Assembly: GCA_965116495.1 (NCBI GenBank)
Contig: OZ220696.1
Span: forward strand, 1,056,001-1,120,000
Direction of reading: 5' to 3'
Length of the DNA stretch: 64,000 nucleotides
DNA from: Gammaproteobacteria bacterium
GTDB taxonomy: Bacteria; Pseudomonadota; Gammaproteobacteria; Eutrophobiales; Eutrophobiaceae
Shown here: piece after piece, positions 10,545-21,219 of the stretch
How the letters are laid out: each line of letters opens with the position of its first letter
Numbering within the stretch: the first letter of the stretch is position 1
The notes under the pieces: generated by a model
Database searches by the model: none
What the model saw: the letters and a program-made list of their open reading frames with translations, nothing else
What the model was told of the DNA's origin: nothing
Translations under genes and position numbers: made by a program

Positions 10545-11845
10545 CCGTCTTTCTCATCCAATGCCCTGAGACGCGCCAGTTTTTCCGCAATCTGTATCTC
10601 AAGTCCTCGGTTTGCCGGGTAATAATACCGGCGGGCTGCCATACCATCGGGGAAATAGTGCTCTCCCGCTGCGTAGGCATCAGGCTCGTCGTGAGCGTAC
10701 CGGTACTCCTTGCCGTAATCCAGGTCCTTCATCAGCCCGGACGGCGCGTTACGCAGGTGTAACGGTACTTCCGCCGACGCAGTGGACTTGACGTCTTCCA
10801 TGGCAGCATTATACGCCTTGTACACGGCATTGCTCTTGGGAGCGCAGGCCAGGAAGACCACGGCCTGGGCAACGGCCAGTTCACCCTCAGGCGTGCCCAG
10901 CCGTTCCTGCGTTTCCCAGGCATCCAGGGCCAGGCGCAATCCCCTCGGATCGGCGTTCCCTATGTCTTCTGAGGCCATGCGCACCACTCTCCGGGCAATA
11001 TACAGGGGGTCGCACCCTCCATCAAGCATACGCGCAAACCAGTACAGGGCCGCATCGGGCGCCGAGCCGCGCACGGATTTATGCAAGGCGGAGATCTGTT
11101 CGTAAAAGACATCGCCGCCCTTGTCGAAGCGCCGATAGCTGGAGCCGCTGATCACTTCCCGTACCAGTGTGCCGGTGATGCCTTCAGAGGCAGCCAGGTC
11201 GGCGGCAATGTCCAGCAGGTTCAGGGCGCGCCTGGCATCGCCGTCTGCGCTGTCAACCAGCAACTGCAGCGCTTCATCGCTGATCTGCAGGCCTTTGTTG
11301 CCCAACCCCCGATCGCGATCCTGCACGCCGTGTCTGACAACCGTCTCGAGGGCATCTGCCGTCAATGGTTTCAGGACGTAGACGCGCACCCTCGACAACA
11401 AGGCGTTATTCAGTTCAAAAGACGGGTTCTCAGTGGTTGTACCGATAAACGTAATGACGCCGTTTTCCACGTGCGGCAGGAATGCGTCCTGCTGTGACTT
11501 GTTGAACCGGTGCGCTTCATCGACAAACAGCACGGTATCCCTGTCATACACTTCCCGGTACTGGCGCGCCTTGTCAATGGCGGCCCTGATCTCCTTCACG
11601 CCGCTCAACACCGCCGACAAGGTCAGGAATTGTGCCTGGCACGAGGTGGAGATTATCCGTGCCAGGGTCGTCTTGCCCGTGCCCGGCGCGCCCCAGAATA
11701 CCATGGAATGCAACTGGCCTGTTTCGATGGCGAGGCGTAACGGCTTGCCCGGCCCCACCAGGTGTTCCTGCCCGACGAAATCGGCCAGTGTCCCGGGCCG
11801 CATCCGGTCCGCCAGCGGCCTGTATTCACCGGTCTCAGCGGTCAC
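10541..11845 (-). CDS. rarA: Replication-associated recombination protein A (MgsA/RarA)
   Basis: PLADRMRP, GAPGTGKTT, DEAHRFNKSQQDAFLP, ISALHKSVRGS, ASEDIGNADP. Confidence 0.97.
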
Positions 11846-11856
11846 GGGAAATCCCG

Positions 11857-12501
11857 TTAATCGGCCCGCCTGGCATCGATGACGTCAATATCGTCTGCGG
11901 GAACAAAATGAAAAAGCTCCCTGTCCAGGTCCGGATTCCTGCTGCCGTTCATGAATGTTATAAACAGCGTCTGCCCCAGGCTGTCAAACAGTAACATGCC
12001 TGTCAGTGCGTCGCCGGAGAAGGCCAGGCGCAGTGCCCGGTAGTGTGATTCGATATCCCTGGGTGTCAACTCCAGCCAGGCGTGTTCATCACCGTTTTCC
12101 AGTTCATTAATCACGTAATGTTCGGCAAGGTCGTAGTTTCCACTGAATATCAGTGCCGGGGTGTCTTCAATGGCATCAGATACGTCGCTGATGGTGACCT
12201 GGTCCAGGTCTTTATCAAAGACCCACAAGGTTTTGCCGTCGCTTATGATTTCCTGCACGTAGGGTTCGCTGTACGACCAGGAAAACATGCCGGGACGGCG
12301 CAGTTGCACAGTGCCCCTGGTTGTTTCCAGCACATCACCCGATGAATCGAGCAATGTTTGCTCAAAATCGGCTGAAAATGTGTCCAATCCCTTAAGAAAG
12401 ACATCCAACGGGTTTTCATCCGGGCTAACGGCCTGCACTTGAAAAACGATCAGGCCTAACCACCACGCCAGCAGGTAGATAAAAAAATTACTTACGTTCA
12501 C
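11857..12501 (-). CDS. lolA: Outer-membrane lipoprotein chaperone LolA
   Basis: Signal peptide, FSADFEQ, RPGMFSW, SDGKTLWVFDKDLDQVT, TPALI; lies between ftsK and rarA. Confidence 0.93.
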   Translation of the reverse strand: MNVSNFFIYLLAWWLGLIVFQVQAVSPDENPLDVFLKGLDTFSADFEQTLLDSSGDVLETTRGTVQLRRPGMFSWSYSEPYVQEIISDGKTLWVFDKDLDQVTISDVSDAIEDTPALIFSGNYDLAEHYVINELENGDEHAWLELTPRDIESHYRALRLAFSGDALTGMLLFDSLGQTLFITFMNGSRNPDLDRELFHFVPADDIDVIDARRAD

Positions 12502-12527
12502 GACCGATTAAAGATATTTTTCTGCTC

Positions 12528-12644
12528 AGCCACAGAGGACATAGAGAAACAGTCGAACTGTCATACCTGCGCAAGCAGGTATCCGGTATACAGACTTTCC
12601 TCGGGGAATGGGGTCAGGAAGTAAACTCTGTGTCCTCTGTGGCT
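12528..12644. repeat. AGCCACAGAGGACA(T/C)AGAG inverted-repeat element with a nested REP-like hairpin
   Basis: 19-bp arms at 12528-12546 and 12626-12644 (1 mismatch); interior tgtcatacctgcgcaagcaggtatcc. Confidence 0.8.
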
Positions 12645-12661
12645 TTAATTTCAATTTATAT

Positions 12662-14973
12662 CTATTCTACAGGAGGCGGAGGCCCCGCAAGTATTTCCCG
12701 GTTGCCGTTGGCTTCAAGGGGGCCTACCAGTCCGCTCGCTTCCATTTCTTCAACGATCCTGGCGGCGCGGTTATACCCTATCTTGAGCCTGCGCTGGATA
12801 TAGGAAATGGATGTCTTGCGGGTTTCCGTGACAATCCGCACGGCCTCATCATAGAGCGGGTCAACATTGTCCGAGACAGTTTCAAGGCCGGGAATGGGCG
12901 CTGCTCCGCCGTTACCGGGGTCCAGGGTAATGTCTTTCAGGTATTTCGGGCCACCTCGATTCTTGATATTCTGGACGACCTTATGCACCTCATGGTCATC
13001 AACAAAGGCGCCGTGCACCCTGATCGGCAGGCTGGTACCGGGAGGCAGGAACAGCATATCGCCATTGCCAAGGAGGTTTTCCGCGCCCATCTGGTCCAGG
13101 ATGGTACGGGAGTCCACCTTGGAAGAGACCTGGAACGCAATCCGGCAGGGGATATTGGCCTTGATAAGCCCCGTGATAACATCCACGGACGGGCGCTGCG
13201 TAGCCAGGATCAGGTGAATGCCGGCGGCCCGGGCCTTCTGCGCCAGCCTCGCAATCAACTCCTCCACTTTTTTCCCCACGGTCATCATCATGTCCGCCAG
13301 TTCATCGATGAGGATGACGATATAGGGCAGTTCTTCCAGCGCCGGCGCTTCATCCTCGTCGTCTGTATGAAAGGGATCAAGCAGCGGCCGGCCATGACTT
13401 GCGGCGTCATGGACCTTCTTGTTGAAACCGTTGATATTTCTCACACCCAGCGTCGCCATCAATTGATAACGGCGTTCCATTTCGGCCACACACCAGCGCA
13501 ATGCATTTGCCGCCTCTTTCATATCCGTGACCACTGGCGTCAATAAATGGGGAATCCCCTCGTACACGGATAATTCGAGCATTTTCGGATCGATCATTAT
13601 CAAGCGGATTTTACGGGGCGGAGACTTGTAAAGCAGGCTCAGGACCATCGCGTTAATGGCAACGGACTTGCCCGAGCCGGTCGTACCGGCGACCAGCAGG
13701 TGCGGCATCCGGCTCAGGTCCATGACGATGGGATGGCCGCTGATGTCTTTTCCAAGCCCCAGTGCCGTGCTCGAATTGAGTTCTTCATATTCCACTGAAC
13801 TCAGGATCTCGTTCAGGGTAACCAGTTCCGGGTGGCATTGGGTATTTCCAGTCCGATAACGGACTTCCCAGGAATTACGTCAACGACGCGCACACTGACG
13901 ACAGACAGCGAACGGGCCAGGTCCTTGGAGAGGTTGCTGATCTGGCTGCCTTTCACCCCCGGCGCCGGTTGCAGTTCAAACCGCGTGATGACCGGACCGG
14001 GGTTGACTGCAACCACCTCCACTTGAATATTGAAATCAAGCAGCTTGAGTTCCACCCGGCGCGACATGGCTTCAAGGGTTGCTTCCGAAAACCTGCCCTT
14101 GGACGGTTTCGGCGCATCCAGCAGACCCAGGGGGGGTAATGCCGAATCAGCCGGCATCTCAAACAGGGGTTCCTGTTTTTCCGCCTCGGCGCGGCCACTC
14201 ATTTCCACTTTTGCAATGACCGGTTCAATGCGTGGCAGCGGCCTGTCCTTAACTCTTTTCTGTTGTTTCCGGACCAGTGTCTCTCTTTCCTTCTTGACCT
14301 GAATAGACTTAATATGTTGAGTTAATTTATTTATATAAATATTTGATTTTGTTATAATTCTTATTGTAGTATACCCGGTCTTTTCTATCAGCCATAACCA
14401 CGACAGTTCGGCATACAAGCTAATGCCCACCAGCAGGGTAGCCAGCATCAGCAACGTACTGCCCGAAAAACCAAAAGCGTCGAACAGAAATTCGCCCAGG
14501 GCTATCCCCAGGATGCCGCCGGCACTGCTGGATTGGTCGGCCGCATGTGCCGGCAACGACGCTCCTGCTTGAAGGTGCAACCAGGCTAATGCACAGCAAC
14601 CGCAGAACAGCAGGGTAAAGCCGGTGGCCCTGGCTGCCAGCAGAAGACGCCTGACGGGTAACTCAAGCCGGCGTGATTTGAAAATACGCCAGCCGTCAAA
14701 GATGAATATCAGAGGAAACAAATAACCGGGGTAGCCGAAAATATAAAGCAGTATATTAGCGAGATATGCCCCGACAATCCCGCCGCCGTTGCTGATCTCA
14801 GAGACGCTGACCGCCTGGGACCAGCCCGGGTCCGAGGGATCGTATGTAAATAATGACAAGGCGACAAACAACGCGCATGCCGCCATGAAGATGACACTGA
14901 TTTCCTTCAGGTAGCGTACAACCTGGCTCCCTGATGCTGCGCCGTATTTGTTTCTTTTTGAGGCCTGCTTCAC
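12662..14973 (-). CDS. ftsK: DNA translocase FtsK, split by a 1-nt frameshift near 13826-13830
   Basis: 4TM N-terminus, [24 protein letters not shown], gamma domain [11 protein letters not shown]; adding one base restores [16 protein letters not shown]. Confidence 0.93.
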
Positions 14974-15062
14974 ACTTTATCTAATTTAATCAGTTCTGAT
15001 GAATATTAAGAGTAATTATGAAAAAAGAAAAGGGCAGTTGCTGATACGCTTCTTTTTTTATA

Positions 15063-15092
15063 TTGACTGAAATTACCAATCATTGCTAGAAT
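15063..15092 (+). promoter_or_regulatory. Putative sigma70 promoter for the TonB-dependent receptor
   Basis: TTGACT-18 nt-TAGAAT with extended -10 TG, 30 nt upstream of the ATG. Confidence 0.45.
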
Positions 15093-15122
15093 CTTCCGAT
15101 TTTAAACCGAAGGGGTGAATCA

Positions 15123-17525
15123 ATGGAGAATTTCTGGAGATACCAAAATACAGGTTATCGGACAATATCGATATCAAAGCGTCATATTCTGGCGGCAATC
15201 CTGGCGTTGCCGTTCATATTGCAGCCGGTCAGTTTTACTTATGCCCAGGAAAGCGGCGTCGGCGCACTGATGGAAGAAATAACCGTTACCGCCAGAAAGC
15301 GTGAAGAAAGTTTGCAGGACACCCCCATTGCGGTATCCGTGTTCAGCGGCGAGAGCCTGGAAGCGCGCGGGGTTCAGCGCATCGATGAAATCGCCGGGCT
15401 GACACCCAACATGTCTTTCGACAATATCAACACCAACGGCGGCGGTGGTAACAGCGCAGCCGTGTTCCTGCGCGGTGTCGGGCAACGTGACTTTCTGCCT
15501 TCCGCAGACCCGGGCGTAGGCATCTACGTGGACGGCGTCTATTACGCCCGTAGCGTCGGTTCGGTGCTGGATATCATCGATATTGACCGTGTCGAAGTCC
15601 TGCGCGGCCCCCAGGGCACCCTGTTCGGCCGAAATACCACGGGCGGCGCCATTGCTATCCATACCCAGAAACCCCATGAAGAATTTAAAGGCAAGGTACG
15701 GGTGAGAGTGGGCATCGATGACCGGCTTGATGTGCTCGGCAAGGTCAATGTCCCGATCAGTGACAAGGTATTTATGAACGCTACCGTCGCCAAGTTTGAC
15801 CAGGATGGTTTCGTGGTCAATCCCCTCAATGGTATGGATACCGGCGACGATGATACCTTTGCCGTTCGCAGCGCCTTGCGTATGCAACTGAACAACAACT
15901 TCGAGATTAATATCAGCGGCGACTACTCCCGTGACAGGGAAAACGGCCAGGCTCGTGTCGTCACAGAAAATCCCAACCGCGTCGTGGACCTGTCGCCTGG
16001 AGCAAATATTTTTACACATAATTTTTTATATGGCGCCAATTCGCCGCTCAATCCTGCCAATGGCGGGCCGGGTTTGGGTCACCCAGGTACGCCTATCGCC
16101 AGGGAGTTCAGCAACTGCGATGCCACACCTGCGAACATTGCGGGAACCACCTCGGGTTGCGCCAATGCCAACACTATTGCCCTGGGTAAGAATACCAGCA
16201 CCATGCCGACCTACTCCAATCACGATATCTATGGTTTCTCGGCCACGGTTGACTGGCAGATCTCGGACAACCTGGATATCAAGTCGATAACCGCCTACCG
16301 TAACGTCGACAGTGAATTTGCCCACGATGGCGACAGCACCCCTTTCTTCCTGTCCTGGGTGCGGGATGAGATATACAAGCAGGAACAGTTTACCCAGGAA
16401 ATACAGTTGCTGGGCACGACTGTAAACGACCGCCTGCAATGGATCATAGGTGGCTTCTATTTCACCGAAGACGGTAACAACTACAACCCGGTGGATTTTG
16501 CCCTCCTTGATATAGAAAGCGGCGCAAAATTTGACCACGAGAGTATCGCCGGTTTTGCCCAAGGCACATTTGACGTAACGGACAAGCTGCATATTACCGC
16601 CGGCGTGCGTTACACCGACGATACCAAGGATTTCATCGTTACCAGCAACGGCGTGAGTATTCAATCCGCCATTGTGGTGCCACCCGGATTATTTCTAAAG
16701 CTTATACCTGACGGCACCACGACCCTGAAGGCCGATGACTGGACCCCCATGGCTAATATTTCCTACGACTGGAATGACAGCCTCATGACCTATTTCACCT
16801 ACTCGGAAGGTTTCAAGAGTGGTGGAATAACTCAGCGTAATGCCGGTGTGTATCCAGAAAAATCACCCACCTACGACCCGGAGTTTGTGGAATCTTTTGA
16901 AATTGGTTTCAAATATAACCACCCGAGTGGAAACTTTGTCCTGAACGTGGCCGCCTTCTATGCCGATTACACGGACATTCAACTGGAAACCCTGGCGGAA
17001 GAGGGTATCGCCCCCCAGCTTGATAATGCCGGTGAGGGCGAGATCAAGGGTTTCGAGCTGGAATCACGCTGGTCTCCGCTTGACACCTTGTTCATTGAAC
17101 TGGCCATCGGTCACCTCGATGCCGTGATCACGGAAGCCGAACCCAGCCGCTCCAACACTGGTTACCCTGATGCCGGTGACAGGCTGCCGCAGGTTCCACG
17201 CTGGTCACTGTCCAGTTCGCTCATCAAGGAGTTCGGGTTGGGCGACATGGGCACCCTCATCGCACGGGTGGATTACAACTACCGGACCAAGGTATTTTTT
17301 AACCCGGATAACAACCCTGGCGACGTGATGCAGTCCCATGGCGTGATGAATGCCAGTCTCGGCTGGGACAGCGCCAACGACAAGTATTCGCTTGTCTTCC
17401 ATGCGAACAATATCTTTGACAAGCGCCGCATACTTTACACGGAGCTTTCGGGCTCGGCGCGCACGGCGAACGACATCCTGGCCCGTGATTTTGCCTGGTA
17501 CCTGACCGGCGAATACCGCTTCTAG
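15123..17525 (+). CDS. TonB-dependent receptor
   Basis: EEITVTARKREESLQDTP TonB box/plug, IDRVEVLRGPQGTLFGRNTTGGAI, C-terminal YRF. Confidence 0.95.
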   Translation: MENFWRYQNTGYRTISISKRHILAAILALPFILQPVSFTYAQESGVGALMEEITVTARKREESLQDTPIAVSVFSGESLEARGVQRIDEIAGLTPNMSFDNINTNGGGGNSAAVFLRGVGQRDFLPSADPGVGIYVDGVYYARSVGSVLDIIDIDRVEVLRGPQGTLFGRNTTGGAIAIHTQKPHEEFKGKVRVRVGIDDRLDVLGKVNVPISDKVFMNATVAKFDQDGFVVNPLNGMDTGDDDTFAVRSALRMQLNNNFEINISGDYSRDRENGQARVVTENPNRVVDLSPGANIFTHNFLYGANSPLNPANGGPGLGHPGTPIAREFSNCDATPANIAGTTSGCANANTIALGKNTSTMPTYSNHDIYGFSATVDWQISDNLDIKSITAYRNVDSEFAHDGDSTPFFLSWVRDEIYKQEQFTQEIQLLGTTVNDRLQWIIGGFYFTEDGNNYNPVDFALLDIESGAKFDHESIAGFAQGTFDVTDKLHITAGVRYTDDTKDFIVTSNGVSIQSAIVVPPGLFLKLIPDGTTTLKADDWTPMANISYDWNDSLMTYFTYSEGFKSGGITQRNAGVYPEKSPTYDPEFVESFEIGFKYNHPSGNFVLNVAAFYADYTDIQLETLAEEGIAPQLDNAGEGEIKGFELESRWSPLDTLFIELAIGHLDAVITEAEPSRSNTGYPDAGDRLPQVPRWSLSSSLIKEFGLGDMGTLIARVDYNYRTKVFFNPDNNPGDVMQSHGVMNASLGWDSANDKYSLVFHANNIFDKRRILYTELSGSARTANDILARDFAWYLTGEYRF

Positions 17526-17684
17526 GATTCCGCTGCAGGCGCCATCCCTGGATGGCGTCAGGCGAAGATCGACCGAACGTTGATCCAGGCCAGGTTCACG
17601 TATGTATGACGAATTGAGTGTAGGATTTACACTCTAATTCTTTCAGCCAGGCACCAGTCCCAGCGGTGAGACGGAAACCGCTTT

Positions 17685-17776
17685 CGTCGTTCCGGTGCAA
17701 GCCGGAACCCAGTGGATGCCGGGTCAAGCCCGGCAGGACGAACGGAAATATCCGGCAGGACGAATAGAAACATCCG
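17685..17776. repeat. REP-like doublet (GTC.TTCCGG..CCGGAA class) between convergent genes
   Basis: cgtcgttccggtgcaagccggaaccc followed by inverted ggatgccgggtcaagcccggcaggacg and a partial repeat. Confidence 0.7.
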
Positions 17777-18565
17777 TCATTCCATCAATTTAGCCACCTG
17801 ATCCGTCTTCTGTTCGGCGCCGATGGCCGTATAGCCGCTATCAACCGCGAGGTCGGTGCCGCTGATGCCGGATGCGGCATCGGAGCATAGAAAGACCACG
17901 CTCCTGGCGACTTCTTCCGGGTCAACGGTACGCCCGGACAGGTGAAAATCTGCGGCTACCCGATCCGCTTTTGCCCGGTCGTCTCCGGTCATGTCCCGTA
18001 TGACGTTTGACCATACCCAGCCGGGCGAGACGGAATTAACGCGTATATTATCCCCGGCCAGTAACAGTGCCTCATTTCGGGTGGCCCCGATTATCGCCGC
18101 TTTCGATGCGGCATAGAGCATGCGTCCCGGTTGCGCCCGTTTTCCGCTTATGCTGCCGAAGTTGACGATGGCGCCGCCACCGCGCCGGCGCATGTGAGGA
18201 GCGACTTTCTGCGCGAATATAGCGCCGCTGACCAGGTTAACATCCAGGGCCTGTTGCCATTCCGCACGTGTCGAAGCTATACCGTTGTCCAAGTAGGTAC
18301 AGGCGATATTTACCAGGCAGTCTATCCCGCCCCAGTGATCGACCGTCTGCTGTATGACCGCGTCGATCTGCGCATCATCGGTAATGTCGGCATGGATAAA
18401 CTTCAAAGCGTCTCCCGCTTCCTGTTCCAGTTCACTGCCGCCCGCTGCGTCAATATCACAGACCGTCACACTGGCGCCGGCCCGGATAAATTCGAGGGCA
18501 ACTTTCCTGCCGATTAATGTAGCGCCGCCGGGGATAATCGCGACTTTATTTTCCAGGCTTATCAT
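17777..18565 (-). CDS. SDR family oxidoreductase, IifB/indole-dihydrodiol dehydrogenase-like
   Basis: GGATLIG variant Rossmann motif, NIACTYLD, YAASK, NSVSPGWVWS, DRVAADFH. Confidence 0.8.
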   Translation of the reverse strand: MISLENKVAIIPGGATLIGRKVALEFIRAGASVTVCDIDAAGGSELEQEAGDALKFIHADITDDAQIDAVIQQTVDHWGGIDCLVNIACTYLDNGIASTRAEWQQALDVNLVSGAIFAQKVAPHMRRRGGGAIVNFGSISGKRAQPGRMLYAASKAAIIGATRNEALLLAGDNIRVNSVSPGWVWSNVIRDMTGDDRAKADRVAADFHLSGRTVDPEEVARSVVFLCSDAASGISGTDLAVDSGYTAIGAEQKTDQVAKLME

Positions 18566-19809
18566 AGTTTCCTTACCTCCTCTGCAATGACTTTTATGCC
18601 TTCCCGCACGACGTCGTCATGCATCGAATACGTCATGCGGATACACTCCTGCTTGTGGGGCCAGGGGTCATCGTCCAGCCCCGGGAAAAAATACTCCCCC
18701 GGGATGATCAGGACACCCCGCTGCTTCAGACGGCGGTACAGTTCCTGGCTGGAGACTGGCAGGCCGGGAAACCACAACCAGAGAAAAAGCGCACCCTCCG
18801 CCTTGTGGATGAAGTAGTCCACCCCCGCCAGTTCCCCGTGCAGCAGGGCGATCGCCCGTTTCGCCTTGTCTTCATAATAAGGCCGTATCAGGGTCCTGCT
18901 TATTTCCGTCACCTCACCGGACTGCACCAGGTCCAGGGCCAGGGCCGGGCCGACGCTCTCCGGCGCCAGGTTCAGGATGCCGTTGATATTACTGAGGGTT
19001 TTTATAATATCCGGACGTGCAACGATAATCCCTGTGCGGGTACCGGGCAGACCCAGCTTGGACAGGCTCATCGACAGGATAATATTATCATTCCAGACCA
19101 GTTGCGCGTCACTAAAGATGATGTTGGGGAACGGCATCCCGTAAGCGTTGTCGAGAACCAGGGGAATGGCGTTATGCGCGGCAATCTCCATCAACTTTGC
19201 CACCTCCGCATCCGCCAGTACATTACCGGTCGGGTTGGTCGGACGCGACACACAAATTGCGCCGATCGAATCATCCACGGCCAGGCGGTCAAAATCCACG
19301 TGATATTTGAAAGTACAGCCCGCCATCTTTTCGATTGTCGGCCGGTTCGCCACAAACAGGTCGTCCACCAGGCCCACGTCGCCGTAACCGATGTATTCAG
19401 GCGCCATGGGCAACAGGATTTTCTTCTTGACGCCACCGGCAAATTCTCCGGCGAACATGTTGAACAACAGGAAAAAAGCCGACTGGCTCCCCGTGGTCAA
19501 CGCCACGTTGTCGACACTCAGCCCCCAGCCGTATTCACGATTTAGCAGCTCAACCAGAGCGTTTAAAAATGCCTTGTTCCCCTGCGGCGGATCATAATCA
19601 CCAACGACCCGGGCAAACTCGGCGGGCTTATCCAGCAGGCGCTGCATCCTGGCCCGGAAAAACGCCTGCACTTCGGCAATGTGCGCGGGATTACCACCGC
19701 CCAGCATCAATACCTCCTGCTCACCGGCCATTGCCTCCCCCAGGTCATCCATCAGCAGGATAATGCCGGAATGTTCTGAAAACCGTTGTGCAAATTTTGA
19801 AAGTTTCAT
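18562..19809 (-). CDS. avtA: Valine--pyruvate aminotransferase
   Basis: SGIILLMDDL, MLGGGNPA, TTGSQSAFFLLFN, SRPTNPTGN, DNAYG.PFP, SLSKLGLPG. Confidence 0.93.
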   Translation of the reverse strand: MKLSKFAQRFSEHSGIILLMDDLGEAMAGEQEVLMLGGGNPAHIAEVQAFFRARMQRLLDKPAEFARVVGDYDPPQGNKAFLNALVELLNREYGWGLSVDNVALTTGSQSAFFLLFNMFAGEFAGGVKKKILLPMAPEYIGYGDVGLVDDLFVANRPTIEKMAGCTFKYHVDFDRLAVDDSIGAICVSRPTNPTGNVLADAEVAKLMEIAAHNAIPLVLDNAYGMPFPNIIFSDAQLVWNDNIILSMSLSKLGLPGTRTGIIVARPDIIKTLSNINGILNLAPESVGPALALDLVQSGEVTEISRTLIRPYYEDKAKRAIALLHGELAGVDYFIHKAEGALFLWLWFPGLPVSSQELYRRLKQRGVLIIPGEYFFPGLDDDPWPHKQECIRMTYSMHDDVVREGIKVIAEEVRKL

Positions 19810-19818
19810 AAATGTTAT

Positions 19819-19966
19819 ATCCGCAGATTACGCAGATTAACGCAGATTAAAATCAATTCAATTTAAACCATTCGTACGTTCGAAAGATTAAATATTCATT
19901 CACATGAAAACTTGAATTACAGAATTAATACAAATTTATCTGCGTTAATCTGCGTAATCTGCGGAT
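19819..19966. repeat. CCGCAGAT-arm inverted-repeat element, copy A
   Basis: atccgcagattacgcagattaacgcagatt, about 90 nt AT-rich interior, atctgcgttaatctgcgtaatctgcggat. Confidence 0.92.
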
Positions 19967-19973
19967 AATTTTT

Positions 19974-21122
19974 TCATTTCAGTCCCTGCCCGATCAGTAT
20001 GAGCCGGATGACCCGCTCTGCCGCATTGGCGATATATTCTCTTGAGTTCGCCAGCGCCTCGTCCAGGGGCATGTCTCTGGCAATAGCCGCTTCCAGGCCG
20101 TTGATCCCGTGCTTGAACACCTCTCCGGCATCGTCCGCCAGTCCTCCGCCGATGGTGATCACGGGGACACCGTATTCACCGGCAAGCCGGGCGATGCCCG
20201 CCGGTGTCTTGCCGAATGCCGTCTGGAAATCCACCCTGCCCTCACCGGTAAACACCAGGTCAGCCGAGCGCAGGTGAGTCTCGATGGAGGTTGCCCTGCT
20301 GATGATTTCAATACCGCTGTCAAGTTCCGCCCCCGCAAATACATGCAGTCCGGCGCCCAGTCCGCCTGCCGCTCCGGCGCCCGGCATTGCATCCATGTCA
20401 ATATCCATTTCCCGCTTAATCACACCCGCCAGATGTTTCAAATTGTCATCCAGCAACTTCACCATGTCCGCATCGGCGCCTTTCTGCGGCGCGAATACGC
20501 AGGCTGCACCGTTTTTCCCGGTCAGGGGGTTGTCAACGTCGCAGGCGACCAGGATCCGGGCTTTATCCAGTTTCGGGTGCCTGTCCTTCAGGTCCACGGA
20601 CTCTATTTTATGCAGCATACCACCGGCGCCGTTCCGGTGGATAACGCTACCGTCCCCGGTGCGAAACACCACCCCCAGGGCCTGTGCCATGCCCACGCCG
20701 GCGTCGTTGGTGGCGGAACCACCAATTCCCAGGATAATTTTCTGCGCGCCCTTGTCAAGGGCGTGGCGAATCAACTCGCCTGTCCCGAACGAGGTCGTCC
20801 TTAACGGGTTCATGGTCTCGCCGCTGACTAGCGTTAACCCGGAAGCCGCCGCCATTTCGATGACCGCAGTGCTGTTATCCGCCAGCATCCCATAGCCGGC
20901 CGTGACGTTTTGACCGGCGGGCCCTGTAACCTTACAACTGAGCAACTCCCCGCCGGCGGCATCAAGCAGCGACTGTACCGTTCCCTCCCCGCCATCAGCC
21001 ATGGGTATCTTTATGCAGTCCGCGCCGGGCAGCACCCTTTCGATACCTGCTTCCATGGCCTCGGCAACCTCCATGGAGGTCAGGCTGCCCTTGAACGAGT
21101 CTGGTGCGAGAATTATCTTCAT
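19974..21122 (-). CDS. Glycerate kinase (GlxK/GarK family)
   Basis: MKIILAPDSFKGSL, PMADGGEGT, GIGGSATNDAG, GAGAAGGLG, TGEG. Confidence 0.95.
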   Translation of the reverse strand: MKIILAPDSFKGSLTSMEVAEAMEAGIERVLPGADCIKIPMADGGEGTVQSLLDAAGGELLSCKVTGPAGQNVTAGYGMLADNSTAVIEMAAASGLTLVSGETMNPLRTTSFGTGELIRHALDKGAQKIILGIGGSATNDAGVGMAQALGVVFRTGDGSVIHRNGAGGMLHKIESVDLKDRHPKLDKARILVACDVDNPLTGKNGAACVFAPQKGADADMVKLLDDNLKHLAGVIKREMDIDMDAMPGAGAAGGLGAGLHVFAGAELDSGIEIISRATSIETHLRSADLVFTGEGRVDFQTAFGKTPAGIARLAGEYGVPVITIGGGLADDAGEVFKHGINGLEAAIARDMPLDEALANSREYIANAAERVIRLILIGQGLK

Positions 21123-21142
21123 ATTGCGATTTATGTATCAGA

Positions 21143-21219
21143 AAAAAGGGGACAGATTTATTTTTTCGGCAATAGCGCTGGTCGGTAAAATATTTGAAAA
21201 ATAAATCTGTCCCCTTTTT
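21143..21219. repeat. AAAGGGGACAGATTTATT REP-like inverted pair
   Basis: 23-bp perfect arms at 21143-21165 and 21197-21219. Confidence 0.88.

Noticed and set aside
13820-13835. Programmed frameshift or true split of ftsK
   Set aside because: One missing base in a short homopolymer restores a canonical, normally essential protein; no slippery heptamer; most likely a sequencing error (check reads)
17600-17682. Possible ncRNA or riboswitch after the TonB receptor
   Set aside because: Only two isolated hairpins and no recognisable family motif; an Rfam search would be needed
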